Below, one piece after another: positions 30,747-39,249 of a DNA stretch of 64,000 nt (positions within the stretch are counted from its first letter, which is position 1; the number at the start of each line of letters is the position of its first letter). Made by a program: the position numbers and the translations under genes. The notes beneath the pieces are model-generated. The model worked only from the letters and a program-made list of their open reading frames with translations. It was not told the DNA's origin and made no database searches. The DNA is from Promethearchaeota archaeon (GTDB lineage Archaea > Asgardarchaeota > Lokiarchaeia > Sigyniarchaeales > SOKP01). Location: positions 1-64,000 of the forward strand of contig JBHLLT010000013.1 of the NCBI GenBank assembly GCA_048938855.1, in the 5' to 3' direction.

Positions 30747-32402
30747 ATGTTAAGAAAACGTTATCAGCTGAATTGGATGTTTGAATGTCCTGATGCGGTA
30801 TTAACATGTTCAGTATTGAAATGTAAGAATAATAATTTTTTAGTTTTTGGCGGACATGATAAAACTCTTTATTTAATGGATGAAAAGATGAATATCGTCG
30901 ATGATAGAACTTTTGATGGCTGGTGTAGATGCAGTTATTCAATAGATCTTGACGGAGATGGATGCGATGAAGTATTAGTAGGTGCTGGTGATGGAAATTT
31001 CATGGTTTTAAAATTAAATGTTGACAAAAAGAAACTTGTGGGTATAATGCGATATAAATCTTCAAAGAGGATTAATTGTTGTACCGCTGGAGATTTTACA
31101 AGAGATCGGAATATTGAATTAATATTTGGAAGCAATGATAAAACTCTTAAAATTTTTAATGATATAAAGGCAAAAGAGCCTAAATTTGTGTTATATTACG
31201 ATTCTTGGGTTACAGCTTGCACATTGGGTTTCTTAAAACTAGCAGATTATGAAAATCCTATAAATGGATTATTAATTGGCACTAAAAATGGTATAGTTCA
31301 ATTAGTTCAATTTCAAGATAATATGCTCGATATTGTATGGCAAAAAAATTTTCATACACAGATAAATGATATTAAGGTTGGTGACGTTACGAATGATGGA
31401 TTAAACGAAATCCTCCTAAGCACTGATGATTCATTTGTAAGAATTTTAAATAGTGAAGGAGAATCCATTAAAGAAATTAGCACTGAAGAAGGGCGTCCAA
31501 TTTCACTTTTAATAGAAGATATTGACGGTGATAATGCCAAGGAAATAGTAGCCGGATGCGCAGATGGCTCGTTAAAAGTGTTCCAGAATACATCTTTAGA
31601 TTCACAAGAATTTGAGTTAAAATGGAAAACTAAAGTATCTACCTCTATTAAAAATGTATGTTATCTTACAGGAGATGATAAGAATATAAAGCAAATTGTA
31701 TTTGGAGGATATGACCGTACAATTAGAAATATTACGGACTTTGAATGGGGTCAGAAACAATCACTAGAAATTCCTAGGAAAATTAAAGTTGATGAAATTA
31801 AAGAGAGCATAAAAAAAGATTTAGCTAGCGAAATTGCGAAAATAAAAGAAATTCCAACAAGTATGCGAGAGTATATTTTCAATTATTTTCAAGAACATGG
31901 ATATTTAAAAGATATAATGGAAGAATTATTAAACCAAGGTTATTCTGAAGATGCAATCTTAGATGAATTCGCACTTCTAAAAACACAGAAATCAGTTGTT
32001 TACGAGAAAGTTACATATCCTGTATGGAGTTTACCTAGTGAAGAAATTGAGAAGGAAATGCCAAAAGAAGTTGAAGCCGAAGTCATCGTTGAAGAACAAC
32101 TAAAACCCAAAGTACAACCACTAGTCATTGAAGAGACAGTCACCCCGAAAAAGGAAAAATTACGATCAGCTTTAGATAATGAACCTAAAGCAAAAGTTAG
32201 TACTGACGGTTCATTAGGAAATATTATTATTGAGTATTTAAAAGAAAAGAAATTAGTGGCAACTAAAACTCAGGTTATTGATGACATTAAAGAAAAAGGT
32301 TTTTCAAATACTGAAATCGATAAGGAAATAAATAATCTTAAGGAACAAGGCAAGATTCAATATTCTCGAGCAAAACCAAAAGGATGGAGTTTGGCTGAGT
32401 AA
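30747..32402 (+). CDS. FG-GAP-like beta-propeller protein (BBS2/ITFG2-like repeats) with a C-terminal winged-helix-like domain
   Basis: DLDGDGCDEVLVGAGDG, GDFTRDRNIELIFGSND, GDVTNDGLNEILLSTDD, DIDGDNAKEIVAGCADG; C-terminal IIEYLKE...INNLKEQGKIQY. Confidence 0.7.
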   Translation: MLRKRYQLNWMFECPDAVLTCSVLKCKNNNFLVFGGHDKTLYLMDEKMNIVDDRTFDGWCRCSYSIDLDGDGCDEVLVGAGDGNFMVLKLNVDKKKLVGIMRYKSSKRINCCTAGDFTRDRNIELIFGSNDKTLKIFNDIKAKEPKFVLYYDSWVTACTLGFLKLADYENPINGLLIGTKNGIVQLVQFQDNMLDIVWQKNFHTQINDIKVGDVTNDGLNEILLSTDDSFVRILNSEGESIKEISTEEGRPISLLIEDIDGDNAKEIVAGCADGSLKVFQNTSLDSQEFELKWKTKVSTSIKNVCYLTGDDKNIKQIVFGGYDRTIRNITDFEWGQKQSLEIPRKIKVDEIKESIKKDLASEIAKIKEIPTSMREYIFNYFQEHGYLKDIMEELLNQGYSEDAILDEFALLKTQKSVVYEKVTYPVWSLPSEEIEKEMPKEVEAEVIVEEQLKPKVQPLVIEETVTPKKEKLRSALDNEPKAKVSTDGSLGNIIIEYLKEKKLVATKTQVIDDIKEKGFSNTEIDKEINNLKEQGKIQYSRAKPKGWSLAE

Positions 32403-32849
32403 TTATTCTTGAGGTTTTTTTATGAAAAACTCTTCTATTGTTTCCTGAAAAGGTTCAAATTGATTTAATTCCGTGAAATCAGCTTCATTGTATCTTTGAA
32501 TAAATAGTTGTAAAACGGGATCTACTTTTTCAAAAAACTTTCTAACAAGTTTATCAGATTTCTTTTTTGATTTATCAACTAATCCATATAAAATAATTGG
32601 TTCTTTCATGCAATTATCTCCTGATTGGATATAAGCAATTTTAAAGATAAACAAGATATTTCCAGATTCTAAATATTCCATAGAATTGTTCTTAAATGCA
32701 GTATCTACAAATGTATTAATTGCTGATATAAATGCTCCCCTAAGATCCTTATTAATACCAGAATCTTTTTGAACTGGCATCTTTTTGAGTATATGGTTTA
32801 CAAGGACAAATCCTCGGAATACAAAGCCTATCTCGTAAAGCTCCTTCAA
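32403..32849 (-). CDS. Stand-alone longin-like domain protein
   Basis: Beta-beta N-terminus, DLRGAFISAINTF helix, LESGNILFIFK strands, C-terminal F..RY...FEPFQETIEEFF. Confidence 0.7.
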   Translation of the reverse strand: MKELYEIGFVFRGFVLVNHILKKMPVQKDSGINKDLRGAFISAINTFVDTAFKNNSMEYLESGNILFIFKIAYIQSGDNCMKEPIILYGLVDKSKKKSDKLVRKFFEKVDPVLQLFIQRYNEADFTELNQFEPFQETIEEFFIKKPQE

Positions 32850-33106
32850 CTTAGAATCAATTGATTTATGTAATAATTAATCATTGGTAATGTTTGTTAA
32901 AAAATTAATATTTATTTTCATATTTATTTTTAGAGTAAATGATTATTTTTCGTTATAAAGGCGGGTCTGAATAATATTTTGGATTATAATCTAAATACGA
33001 ATTTTTTAATTTATTGAAATTATAAGTTTTTTATACTAATATTGGTTTATTACAATTATTCAAAAAAAAAATATTGATGATTAAGGTTAGGGAGTAATTT
33101 TCAAAA

Positions 33107-33352
33107 ATGACTAATGAGTCAGAAAGTCGGTTTTGTCCATACTGTGGTACTAAGTTAAAACACCCATATTGGGCTCATATTCAAGCGGAACACCCAGACA
33201 AATATACACAGAAAGAAACATGGGTAAAATTATATCAAGATTATACAGGTTTAGGGATGGACCAAAAAACTTCTTTACTGGTGATATCAGAACTATTCAA
33301 TGCAACTCAAGAAGAAATTAAATCTTTCTTAAAAAATGCGAAAGTTCTGTAA
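33107..33352 (+). CDS. Small C2H2-type zinc-finger protein
   Basis: CPYCG...YWAHIQAEHP. Confidence 0.7.
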   Translation: MTNESESRFCPYCGTKLKHPYWAHIQAEHPDKYTQKETWVKLYQDYTGLGMDQKTSLLVISELFNATQEEIKSFLKNAKVL

Positions 33353-33435
33353 TATTATTTTTAATAAAACTAATTTTAAAATTAAAATAAATAAAGAAAT
33401 AGTTTTAATTTAAATTATTAAATGCCAAGTTTAAG

Positions 33436-33732
33436 TTAGAATTCTTCTTCTTCCTCGTCTTCTTTTAAAAGTCCCGCCTGTTTCAAAATATCTTCTATGC
33501 TATCGCGAGCTTTTATTACTTGTTCATTCTCTTTTAAGTTAAGTCTTTCAAGCGCATCATCACTGAATTCCATTATTTTTTTAATAGCTTCAGAAGAGAA
33601 ATCTTTAACTTTCTCAGAAGTTTCTTCAATGAAGTCACGTCCACTTTCACCAAAAATATTTCCAAAGAAGTCAGTAAAGGACTTGTTTAGTTTTTCTATG
33701 AAATTTTCTTTTTCTTCTCCTTCATCACTCAT
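33436..33732 (-). CDS. Small acidic amphipathic-helical hypothetical protein
   Basis: Clean 98-aa ORF with periodic F/L/I and an acidic C-terminus. Confidence 0.65.
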   Translation of the reverse strand: MSDEGEEKENFIEKLNKSFTDFFGNIFGESGRDFIEETSEKVKDFSSEAIKKIMEFSDDALERLNLKENEQVIKARDSIEDILKQAGLLKEDEEEEEF

Positions 33733-33819
33733 TTTATTTCACTACTTTTAAGTTTTTATTATAGTAATTTTTTAAAATATTAAAATTCATACTTCTTTTT
33801 GTTAAGTAAACTTCCCGTT

Positions 33820-35076
33820 TCAGATTAATTTTTTTCTTTTCCACTGTTTTAATTCGTCATTACTGTACCCTAATAATTTACAATAAATTTCTTCATTATG
33901 ACATCCAAATTCTGGTCCAAAATCCTCAACAGAACCCTTTGTGTCTGAGAAGTTTATCAAGCGATTGGGTACTGTTGCTTTTTCAACACCCCATTTAGAA
34001 AAATCAAAATGATCAATTAACATTCCTCTCTCTCTAAGGTTGGGATGATTGTGGACTTCATCTATTCTTAAAGTTTTGCCACACGGAATTCTTTCTGCTT
34101 CTAATTGTTTGATAGCATCCTCTCTAGACAAGTTCCTGCTCCAATTTTCAATGTATTCATCTAAAATCTCAATATAATCAAATCTTTTTATTATATTAGT
34201 AAATCGAGGATCTTTAACTAACTCCGGCTTTTTTAATACAACCTCACAAAGACGAATCCACTGTTTTTCAGTCAAAGTAGTCAATACAATTAATCCGTCC
34301 TTGCAATGGTATTGATTGTAGATGGGTAAGAATTTTGAAACTACATCGATATCTTGAGCTCTTGGAATAAATTCTTTTGCTTGAGCTCTAATATTTATAG
34401 CGAACATGATATCATGCATCGAAATATCAATAAATTGTCCATTACCTGTTCTTTCACGATGATATAAAGCTTGGCTTATTCCAATTGCTGCAATATGACC
34501 TGCAGTATAATCTGCTATGGGTAATCTAGGTGGTCCTTCTTTAAAGCCTAAAGCATCAAGAATACCTGATTGGGCTTGAATAATTATATCAAATGCAGTT
34601 TTTTGAGTATATTGCTCTAATCCTTCGTTGCCATAACCTGATATTTTTGCGTATACTAATCTAGGATTAATTTCTTTCAACACTTTATATCCTAATCCCC
34701 ATTTCTCCATTGTTCCTTTTACGAAATTTTCTACAAGAATATCAGTTTTTTCTACTAGTCTTTTAAAAATTGTTTTAGCTTCTTCTTTTCTTAAATCAAG
34801 GGAAATTGATTTCTTTCCTCTGTTTAATATCGAAAATAATGGAAAAATAGTTTTATCATAAAGCACAAATAAACGGAATGCTTCTCCAAAAGGGGGTGGT
34901 TATAGTATAAAATGCGAACCGCATTCATATTTCTACCTTTATTACTTCTGCCCCTTGGTCTGCAAAAAATGTACTTGCCCATGGACCCGAGATGAATTTT
35001 GTACCTTTGAAGCGAAACGCTCTTTTTCAAAGTGTGAACAATCAAGGATCCTTAAACCATCAAATATTTTAGTCAT
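33820..35076 (-). CDS. Family III CoA-transferase (CaiB/BaiF), split by two introns: join(35034..35076, 34931..34998, 33820..34899), 396 aa
   Basis: Spliced N-terminus MTKIFDGLRILDCSQFISGPWASTFFADQGAEVIKVEPPPFGEAFR; then LNRGKKSISLDLR, DILVENF, NPRLVYAKISGYG, catalytic D in IADYTAG, RERTGNGQFIDISM. Confidence 0.9.
34900..34930 (-). other. Candidate BHB-type mRNA intron 2 (31 nt, phase 0)
   Basis: AUAUGAAUGCGGUUCGCAUUUUAUACUAUAA; central helix GUAG/CUAU, bulges AA|A and AA|C; removal joins KVE|PPP. Confidence 0.82.
34999..35033 (-). other. Candidate BHB-type mRNA intron 1 (35 nt, phase 1)
   Basis: ACUUUGAAAAAGAGCGUUUCGCUUCAAAGGUACAA; inner helix CUUUGAA/UUCAAAG, central GUUC/GUAC, bulges AC|A and AA|A; removal creates the CAA (Gln) codon of DCSQFISGP. 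Confidence 0.82.
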
Positions 35077-35277
35077 ATATCATCAAATTAAAAATTTTTA
35101 AAATATTTTTTTGAAAGAATCAACAATTTCCTTTATACGAAATAGACCTATAGTTAATAACAATTCACTTTTGAAAAAATAAAACAATTTGTTGTTTCTA
35201 GTTAAATTGGATTTTCTCTGAAAATGTCAAGAAATAATTTATTATAAAAAAAAAAAAAATTTAGTTTCGAGTTCACA

Positions 35278-38200
35278 TTATGAAATTTGATTTATTATAA
35301 TAGAGGCTTTAGTAATTAACAAATCTCCTTCTTCTTGAGAGATTATTTCATTTTCGATGAAATCAAACACTTGATTAATGAATGCTTTAAGAATATTACT
35401 AGCTACATTGATTTGCATAGTCTGTATTTTTAAACTCGCTAAATCCAATTTAATTGTTAAAGATTTTGCTTGACCTTTTCTTAAAATTCCTTCATTAAGC
35501 ATTTCGGTTATATCGTCTCTCAGATTGAGAACTCTCTGTATAGGGTTATCACCTTCACTAGTTCGTGGATATGGATCTTCATTTAAAGCAAAACCATCAA
35601 TAGAATATGGAAAATCAACAATACCTATTGGATCTTCTACATCGGGGCTAACCCAATCACTCCAGTAATTATATTCAAATACATTACTAAATCCATTATC
35701 AGAAGCTTGACAACTTCCTTGATTGTTTTCAATGATATCGTTCCATTTAATCAAGTTTTCACTAGACATGTAACCAATATAAATCCCATACTCTCCACTA
35801 TTAAGAATTTTATTGTGGATAATACTATTGTGATCCGATTCATCGTTTAGTCCTATTCCCTCAGCATAACTGTTATTAATCTCATTCCAAGTTAAATTAT
35901 TATAATTTGAATGCTCATAAAGAATTATTCCAGAATCACAATCAAAAATATGGTTTTTTGAGACATTATTGTTGTCGGAGGAATGGAGACCAATCCCTTC
36001 CAATTGATTATTGTAAATAATATTGTCTACGATCTCATTATCAACAGATCCATCCCAAAGTACAATACCATGAAAATTGTTAATGATGACATTATTTTCA
36101 ATAATTCCGTTTTTGACATTTTCTAATTTAATACCTTCCCATTCCTGTGTGATACCATTTAGTTTACACTTGGATATGATGAAATATGCTGATGTATCTT
36201 TGATATGGATTAAATTCCCGTAATCAGCAGTAATGTAATAACTTTCAATAAGATAAGGGTCACCTTCCTCTCCACTCCCCGGGAACTCATAATCTTCAAA
36301 ATCATCATCATCATCAATATATATTGGTTCTTCCAGAGAACGAACAGATATGGTGGGCTCACCGGTTTCTGGGTCCTCTGATTCCTCTATAATTGTAACC
36401 ATCTGATCTGTTTGACCTTCTTCTAAAGGAACGTCCTCAACAGACCGTTCAAATAATATTACCCCTTCTGCACTGGAGAAATAGTTCATAGAATAAGTTG
36501 TTTCTTCCGTTGCGGTTATTTCATAACTGTAAGTTCCAAATATAGGATCTTTAGGATTGATTGCTATAAGGATCATTACACTGTCTTCTCCCTCCTCCCA
36601 GTCTTCGTTTTCTATATAGAATGCATTTAAGCCAATTTGATTTTCGTGTACGTTAATTATTCGCCCATAAGGATCCTCAGCCTGGAAAAGTATAGGAGAA
36701 CCTCCACGCCCTGTCATCCACCAATCGGCGTACGGAAGTGGTCCATAATTCTCTGGAATTGAAGGATCTAAAAGGGGTGCATCATCTACACCTTCATGTG
36801 GTAGATCAGTGTCACCAATATAATCTCCATCTAAATCTTCTCCCCAGTAATTACTCCAGAAGTTCCCTACATCGTTAATCGGGTCCACCCATACATTTAA
36901 ACCAGCCAAAATTTGATAATAATTATTGATCAAAAGATTTCGGTAAATATAATTTGAACTACCATTAGCAAAAATACCCCACCACGTATTTCTAGCAACA
37001 ATATTATTGGTTACTTCATTCAGTGTTGAGGAAAGTATAATACCTATTTTATTATCCGATATATAATTAACTGTAATATTATTATGGTCGCCATCATAAA
37101 TTGAAATTCCTGTATGAAAATTTTGAATTGTAAGATTTTTTATTGTAACTGAGTAATGATTAATGCTCAAAACTCCACTTCCATTGCCGCTACCTATAAT
37201 TTTGTGTCCATTGCCATTAATCGTGATTCCATCTGCCCCTATTATAAGCCCATTTCCTTCCTCAAAATACATATCTGAAGTTAGTGTATAATCAGTGGTG
37301 ATTAGTTGATTCTCATGTTCATAATAAACAGAATAAAACCATACTTTATCCATAGGATTAGATTGAAAGCCATTGAATTCATTATTATAAGCATCATAAT
37401 TTCGTGGTACACAGAGCCATACATAGGGCATTGAATCCTCAACAAGATATTCTTGGATCTTATCATAAATTTTTTTTCTAGCAATATGATCAATAGTATT
37501 TAGCCCTTCTGTTATTAGTTGTTCAAGATAAGCATCGTCTACTTGACCAAAGTTAGAAAATGAATCTTTACCGAATAAATAATATAAATAATCGCTTGGA
37601 TCGTTGTAATCCTGACCCCATCCTAAAAATGTAATGTCTATCTTTCTCCTTTCAATAAATAATCTCCTAGAATATTCTTCCCAATCTACGTCTTCAAGGA
37701 TTATTTTTATTCCAATTTTTGTTAGATTATTCTGTAATGTGACCCCTAACTCTTCTTTTCGTATACTTCCTATATTATAGGTATAATTATATGTTAGAAA
37801 CGTTGCTGCTTCCCATTGTGCTTCATTTATACCGGGAAAAGTTGGATCTAATCCAAGACCATAACCTGCAGCTTGCATTGCTTTCCTGGCTTCGGTGTAA
37901 TTTAGTTCTGGAAATTTCAATGTTGAATTTGCATATAAAATCCCATCAGGAACAGGTGATTTTAACCTTGAATAGTGGCCCTCTAATAGATCATTAATTA
38001 TATAATTATAGTCAATTGCATATGATATAGCTCTTCTACTATATGGATCTGATATTTTTGTATTATTCATTGTAAAGAAATAAGTTATTGTAGTATTCCC
38101 ACCATCTACAAATGTAATACCTGTATCTCCTTTAAGATCTTCAATCCGAGAAGTATCAATGTCATTAATAAAATCAACATTACCATCTAATAGTGATTGC

Positions 38201-38985
38201 GTAGCATCTGGAGTGATAGAAAACGTTAATTCATCTATATTAGCAGGACCATCCCAATAATTTTCATATTTGTGAAAACTCACTTCATTACCCACATATA
38301 AGTCATAGATAAAAGGACCTGTTCCAACTAAATCTCCTGTCATCAGATCAATATAATCTTCTCCGGGAGTTGAGTCAGGAGACATAATTCCTGATCCGCT
38401 AAAACATAAGAGAGCTTCAAATGGAGCAAAAATTCTATTTAATTTAAATTCTATTTCATATTCGTTGAGGATGTTTGTCGAGTTGATTACAGGTTTTCCA
38501 TCAGGCCATTCGTACAATGTAGAAAATATACATCTCCGAGTTTCATGAGGTAAAGTACCAGATACATTCATGAAATAAGCTAATCTTTTAAAGTTCCACC
38601 AAACAGCTGATGCATTGAATTCAGATCCATCATGAAACTTGATGCCCTGTCTAAGTGAGATTGTGTATGTTAATCCCCCCGAAGACCATATACCGAAATC
38701 TTTAGCGAGCCTAGGGATAATTTTATTTTCAGAATCAGATAAATTGTAAGCAAAAAGCGTTTCAACAACCTGATCGATAACATCAATAGAAGCACTATCC
38801 CATGCATCATGAGGATCCAAAGTTACTGGACCATTCCTTGTACCATATTTTAGTGTTATAGGTGGCTCAGAAGTCTTAAGGAATTCAAGTTCTTCTATTT
38901 TATTATCCAGTCTTGTCGGATTATAAATAAATATACCAAAAATAATGATAAAAAGAATACAAATTGAAATTCGTTTAGTTTTCAT
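35278..38985 (-). CDS. Secreted family-5 (OppA/DppA) solute-binding protein fused to two NosD/pectin-lyase-like beta-helix blocks and a C-terminal FIMAH-like helical domain
   Basis: N-terminal hydrophobic segment; TLDPHDAWD, LRQGIKFHDGSEFNA, GTGPF, RRAISYAIDY; GNFWSNY and YNYWSDW beta-helix ends; KAFINQV; ATG at 38985. Confidence 0.8.
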   Translation of the reverse strand: MKTKRISICILFIIIFGIFIYNPTRLDNKIEELEFLKTSEPPITLKYGTRNGPVTLDPHDAWDSASIDVIDQVVETLFAYNLSDSENKIIPRLAKDFGIWSSGGLTYTISLRQGIKFHDGSEFNASAVWWNFKRLAYFMNVSGTLPHETRRCIFSTLYEWPDGKPVINSTNILNEYEIEFKLNRIFAPFEALLCFSGSGIMSPDSTPGEDYIDLMTGDLVGTGPFIYDLYVGNEVSFHKYENYWDGPANIDELTFSITPDATQSLLDGNVDFINDIDTSRIEDLKGDTGITFVDGGNTTITYFFTMNNTKISDPYSRRAISYAIDYNYIINDLLEGHYSRLKSPVPDGILYANSTLKFPELNYTEARKAMQAAGYGLGLDPTFPGINEAQWEAATFLTYNYTYNIGSIRKEELGVTLQNNLTKIGIKIILEDVDWEEYSRRLFIERRKIDITFLGWGQDYNDPSDYLYYLFGKDSFSNFGQVDDAYLEQLITEGLNTIDHIARKKIYDKIQEYLVEDSMPYVWLCVPRNYDAYNNEFNGFQSNPMDKVWFYSVYYEHENQLITTDYTLTSDMYFEEGNGLIIGADGITINGNGHKIIGSGNGSGVLSINHYSVTIKNLTIQNFHTGISIYDGDHNNITVNYISDNKIGIILSSTLNEVTNNIVARNTWWGIFANGSSNYIYRNLLINNYYQILAGLNVWVDPINDVGNFWSNYWGEDLDGDYIGDTDLPHEGVDDAPLLDPSIPENYGPLPYADWWMTGRGGSPILFQAEDPYGRIINVHENQIGLNAFYIENEDWEEGEDSVMILIAINPKDPIFGTYSYEITATEETTYSMNYFSSAEGVILFERSVEDVPLEEGQTDQMVTIIEESEDPETGEPTISVRSLEEPIYIDDDDDFEDYEFPGSGEEGDPYLIESYYITADYGNLIHIKDTSAYFIISKCKLNGITQEWEGIKLENVKNGIIENNVIINNFHGIVLWDGSVDNEIVDNIIYNNQLEGIGLHSSDNNNVSKNHIFDCDSGIILYEHSNYNNLTWNEINNSYAEGIGLNDESDHNSIIHNKILNSGEYGIYIGYMSSENLIKWNDIIENNQGSCQASDNGFSNVFEYNYWSDWVSPDVEDPIGIVDFPYSIDGFALNEDPYPRTSEGDNPIQRVLNLRDDITEMLNEGILRKGQAKSLTIKLDLASLKIQTMQINVASNILKAFINQVFDFIENEIISQEEGDLLITKASIIINQIS

Positions 38986-39249
38986 TTGTCTAAACCCAAT
39001 TTTCTTTTCTAATTTATTAGGATTTCCACCCAAAACTAAGGTTTTTGGAACTAATTAATTAATTTTGGATTACCGAATGATTATGATATTTGGAATGTTA
39101 ATAAAGTTATTGTTTTTTTTGACAAATCTGTTAAGTCAAAACTAAATTTCAAACAAAGTTCAATACCTGAATTTTGTTTTCTAAAAAAAATATTATAAGA
39201 AAATTATTCTTCTTTTTATTCAACATTAAATTATCTAGAATTTAATCCA

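Noticed and set aside
34900-35033. Reading the CoA-transferase disruption as ordinary frameshift decay, sequencing error or ribosomal frameshifting
   Set aside because: The lesions are 31- and 35-nt structured insertions rather than 1-2-nt indels. They do not duplicate flanking sequence, both excise precisely by the BHB rule, and the rest of the gene is intact. Not formally excluded without RNA data.
34824-35045. 73-aa ORF-track ORF (MIVHTLKK...) as a separate gene
   Set aside because: It is the third reading frame across the exons and introns of the CoA-transferase and has no recognisable motif.
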